A DNA stretch of 64,000 nucleotides from an uncultured Thermoleophilia bacterium (GTDB lineage: Bacteria > Actinomycetota > Thermoleophilia > UBA2241), in the NCBI GenBank assembly GCA_963715985.1, contig CAVQSP010000010.1, forward strand, positions 224,001 through 288,000. Direction: 5' to 3'. The notes beneath the pieces were generated by a model that saw only the letters and a list, made by a program, of their open reading frames with translations, was not told the origin of the DNA and ran no database searches. Shown here one piece after another: positions 62,230 to 64,000 of the stretch. The position numbers were made by a program, and so were the translations under genes. Positions within the stretch are counted from its first letter, which is position 1, and each line of letters starts with the position of its first letter.

Positions 62230-62368
62230 TTCCCTCCGGCTCAGGTGAGGCGCGACGGGAGGAGGCGGCGCGAGTCCGCCGGTGCAGACGAGGGCGCACC
62301 GGCGACCCGCTGGCCGGCGCGAGTGGGGGTGCGCGGGCAGATCAGCCGCCGAACGCGGCACGGTGCAG

Positions 62369-62476
62369 GCGGCTCGGCCGCCGTCGCCCAGCCGGGCAGG
62401 GACGCATGCGGCTCAGCCCTCCGCGCCCAGCCGCGCGGGGACGCGTGCGGCTCAGCGACCGTCGCCCAGCCGGCCC
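62369..62476. repeat. 39-bp tandem repeat (3 copies) spanning the chorismate mutase stop codon
   Basis: GCGGCTCrGC...CGCCCAGCCG units start at 62369, 62408 and 62447. Confidence 0.8.
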
Positions 62477-62745
62477 GCCTCTTCCTTCGTCACCTCGACG
62501 ATGGCGCGATACACGCGCTGGAGGGCGTCTGCGCTGAGCGGGCCCTTGTTGGCTCGCGCGAGGAAGGTGAGCATCCACTCCTCGCGTTCCGCGTTGTAGA
62601 CCTCGATGCCGTGCTCGGCCTTGTAGCGCCAGAGCTTGTCCACGAGCGAGAGGCGCTTGTTGATCAGGTCCACGATCTTGAGGTCGTTGTCCGAGATCTG
62701 ATCGCGGAACTGCTTCATCACAGGGTCGTCACCGGGGTTGCTCAA
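62452..62745 (-). CDS. Chorismate mutase (AroQ type)
   Basis: FRDQISDNDLKIVDLINKR...K...VYNAERE...GPLS. Confidence 0.8.
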   Translation of the reverse strand: MSNPGDDPVMKQFRDQISDNDLKIVDLINKRLSLVDKLWRYKAEHGIEVYNAEREEWMLTFLARANKGPLSADALQRVYRAIVEVTKEEAGRLGDGR

Positions 62746-62800
62746 GGCTGGTTCTCCGTTCCGGGGTGGCGGGAGGCACGGGCGCGCCGGGCGCCGGGCG

Positions 62801-63433
62801 TCAGTTGTGAGGGTGCCCCTCGTCTTCGTCGTCTTCGTCTTCGTCGTCGAGATCGTCCTCGTCCTCGTCGTCCTCTTCGTCGTCCTCGTCCTCGTCGTCG
62901 ACGGGGCCGTCCACGGCCTCGGCAATCTCGTCGGGCGTGCCCTCCGCGCTGAGGAAGTCGTCCGGCGAGACGCTCTCGAGGAAGTCGCGGAAGCTGTCCA
63001 CGATCTCCTCGGTGTCGTCCACCTCGCGCTCGAACTCGATGGCGTTCTCGTCGATGAGCGCTGTGGAGGCGAAGATGGGGGCGTCGGTGCGCACCGCCAG
63101 GGCGAGGGCGTCGCTGGGCCGCGAGTCGATCTCGATGAGCTCGCCTTCCTTCTCCAGCGTGAGCGTGGCGTAGAAGGTGCTCTCCTTGAGCTCGGTCACG
63201 GTGATGCGCGCCACGTCGGCGTCGAAGCGCCCGAGGATGCTGGCCAGGAGGTCGTGCGTCATCGGCCGCGGGAGCGCCGTGCCCTGCAGCTTGATGAGAA
63301 TGGCGGCGGCTTCGGGGTGCCCGATCCAGATGGGCAGGAACTTGTTGCCCTCCATCGTCTTGAGCAGCACGATGGGCTGCTTGCCGATGACGTCGAAGCT
63401 CACGCCGTAGATGACCATTTCCTGGACGTCCAT
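62801..63433 (-). CDS. Bifunctional nuclease family protein (DUF151) with acidic tail
   Basis: LPIWIGHPEA, RPMTHDLL and IDSRPSDALALA. Confidence 0.92.
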   Translation of the reverse strand: MDVQEMVIYGVSFDVIGKQPIVLLKTMEGNKFLPIWIGHPEAAAILIKLQGTALPRPMTHDLLASILGRFDADVARITVTELKESTFYATLTLEKEGELIEIDSRPSDALALAVRTDAPIFASTALIDENAIEFEREVDDTEEIVDSFRDFLESVSPDDFLSAEGTPDEIAEAVDGPVDDEDEDDEEDDEDEDDLDDEDEDDEDEGHPHN

Positions 63434-63614
63434 GATGAACTGAGTATACGGCAACGGCGTCCGGGCTCGCACGGCGACCGGCGCCGATGGCCGAGGGTCT
63501 CGCACTCTGCCGAGGCGCCACTGCAGCACGGACGTATGATGAGGCCTCGGGTCGTCCGTGCCGACGGGCGGTCGCAGGGCCGCGGGCCGCGCCCGCGGTG
63601 GCGGAGGAGGGACC

Positions 63615-64000
63615 ATGGGGGGCATAGGCAGGACCGTTGGGCGGCGGCGCCTGAGAGGTGCGTGCATCGCCGCAGTCTGCGCTGCGGTCCTGCTCAGTCT
63701 CGCGGTCGCGGCTCCCGCTCTGGCGCGCAGCGGCCGCGTCGGCCCGGATCGCTCGCCGGCGTCCTGGGCGCCGGGCGAGACTGTCGCCCGGCTCATGGAG
63801 AGCGACCTGGGTCAGGCACGGCATCTGGGACGCTCAGCCGACGGGCGCGCTCACGTACACGATGACCGAGGTCGCCCCCGAGTTGACCATGACCGCGACC
63901 GACGCCGACGGTGCATCCGTCTGGTCGGTCGAGGCCGGCGACGTGTCGGCGGCCACGGGCACGCTGCCCGCCGCCTTCGTCGCCGTGTACACAGACCCCG
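63615..64000 (+). CDS. Secreted hypothetical protein (partial)
   Basis: RBS GGAGGAGG; signal peptide ...ACIAAVCAAVLLSLAVAAPALA; runs off the window. Confidence 0.55.
   Translation, partial: MGGIGRTVGRRRLRGACIAAVCAAVLLSLAVAAPALARSGRVGPDRSPASWAPGETVARLMESDLGQARHLGRSADGRAHVHDDRGRPRVDHDRDRRRRCIRLVGRGRRRVGGHGHAARRLRRRVHRP

Noticed and set aside
62369-62476. Mini CRISPR array (also considered at 56028-56100)
   Set aside because: The units are contiguous degenerate duplications with no unique spacers, and there are no cas genes.
193-63865. Long alternative-frame and antisense ORFs (e.g. 56008..58641, 37955..40390, 60772..62952)
   Set aside because: These are Arg/Gly/Pro-rich shadow ORFs expected at high GC; they overlap well-supported genes and have no family motifs.

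Overview
GC-rich bacterial chromosomal DNA. The gene set and many leaderless promoters suggest an Actinomycetota lineage such as Thermoleophilia (inference only). About 60 genes are present, and roughly 20 are split by single-base indels typical of an unpolished long-read assembly. In order: a cell-wall remodelling cluster (SpoIID/LytB, SLH-NlpC/P60, two L,D-transpeptidases); a dTDP-rhamnose operon; HNH and RarA; an acidic YtxH protein; an M28-like membrane protein; a two-component system with XdhC/MocA; guanidino and amide hydrolases; a TetR-hydrolase pair; trpB2; a REC-EAL protein; agmatinase and a nitrilase; a ~21 kb Wzx/Wzy polysaccharide locus with three ATP-grasp ligases, two deacetylases and MBOAT/SGNH acyltransferases; a tauE-comA-histidine phosphatase block near a CysL-like LysR; clostripain; DUF354/DegT; DedA, thrB, archease-rtcB; chorismate mutase; DUF151. 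No rRNA, tRNA, CRISPR array or transposase was recognised. Best leads: (1) a LysR-boxed tauE-comA-His-phosphatase module that may make and export sulfolactate without ComB; (2) an unannotated Trp-rich leader peptide (MPTRDAHSRSTTACATWRRWLWRA) upstream of trpB2; (3) a deacetylate-then-ligate polysaccharide tailoring system; (4) a dispersed ~85 bp hairpin repeat that lies twice beside tandem duplications of a gene's 3' end; (5) candidate CTG start codons. All calls come from reading motifs by eye; no searches were run.
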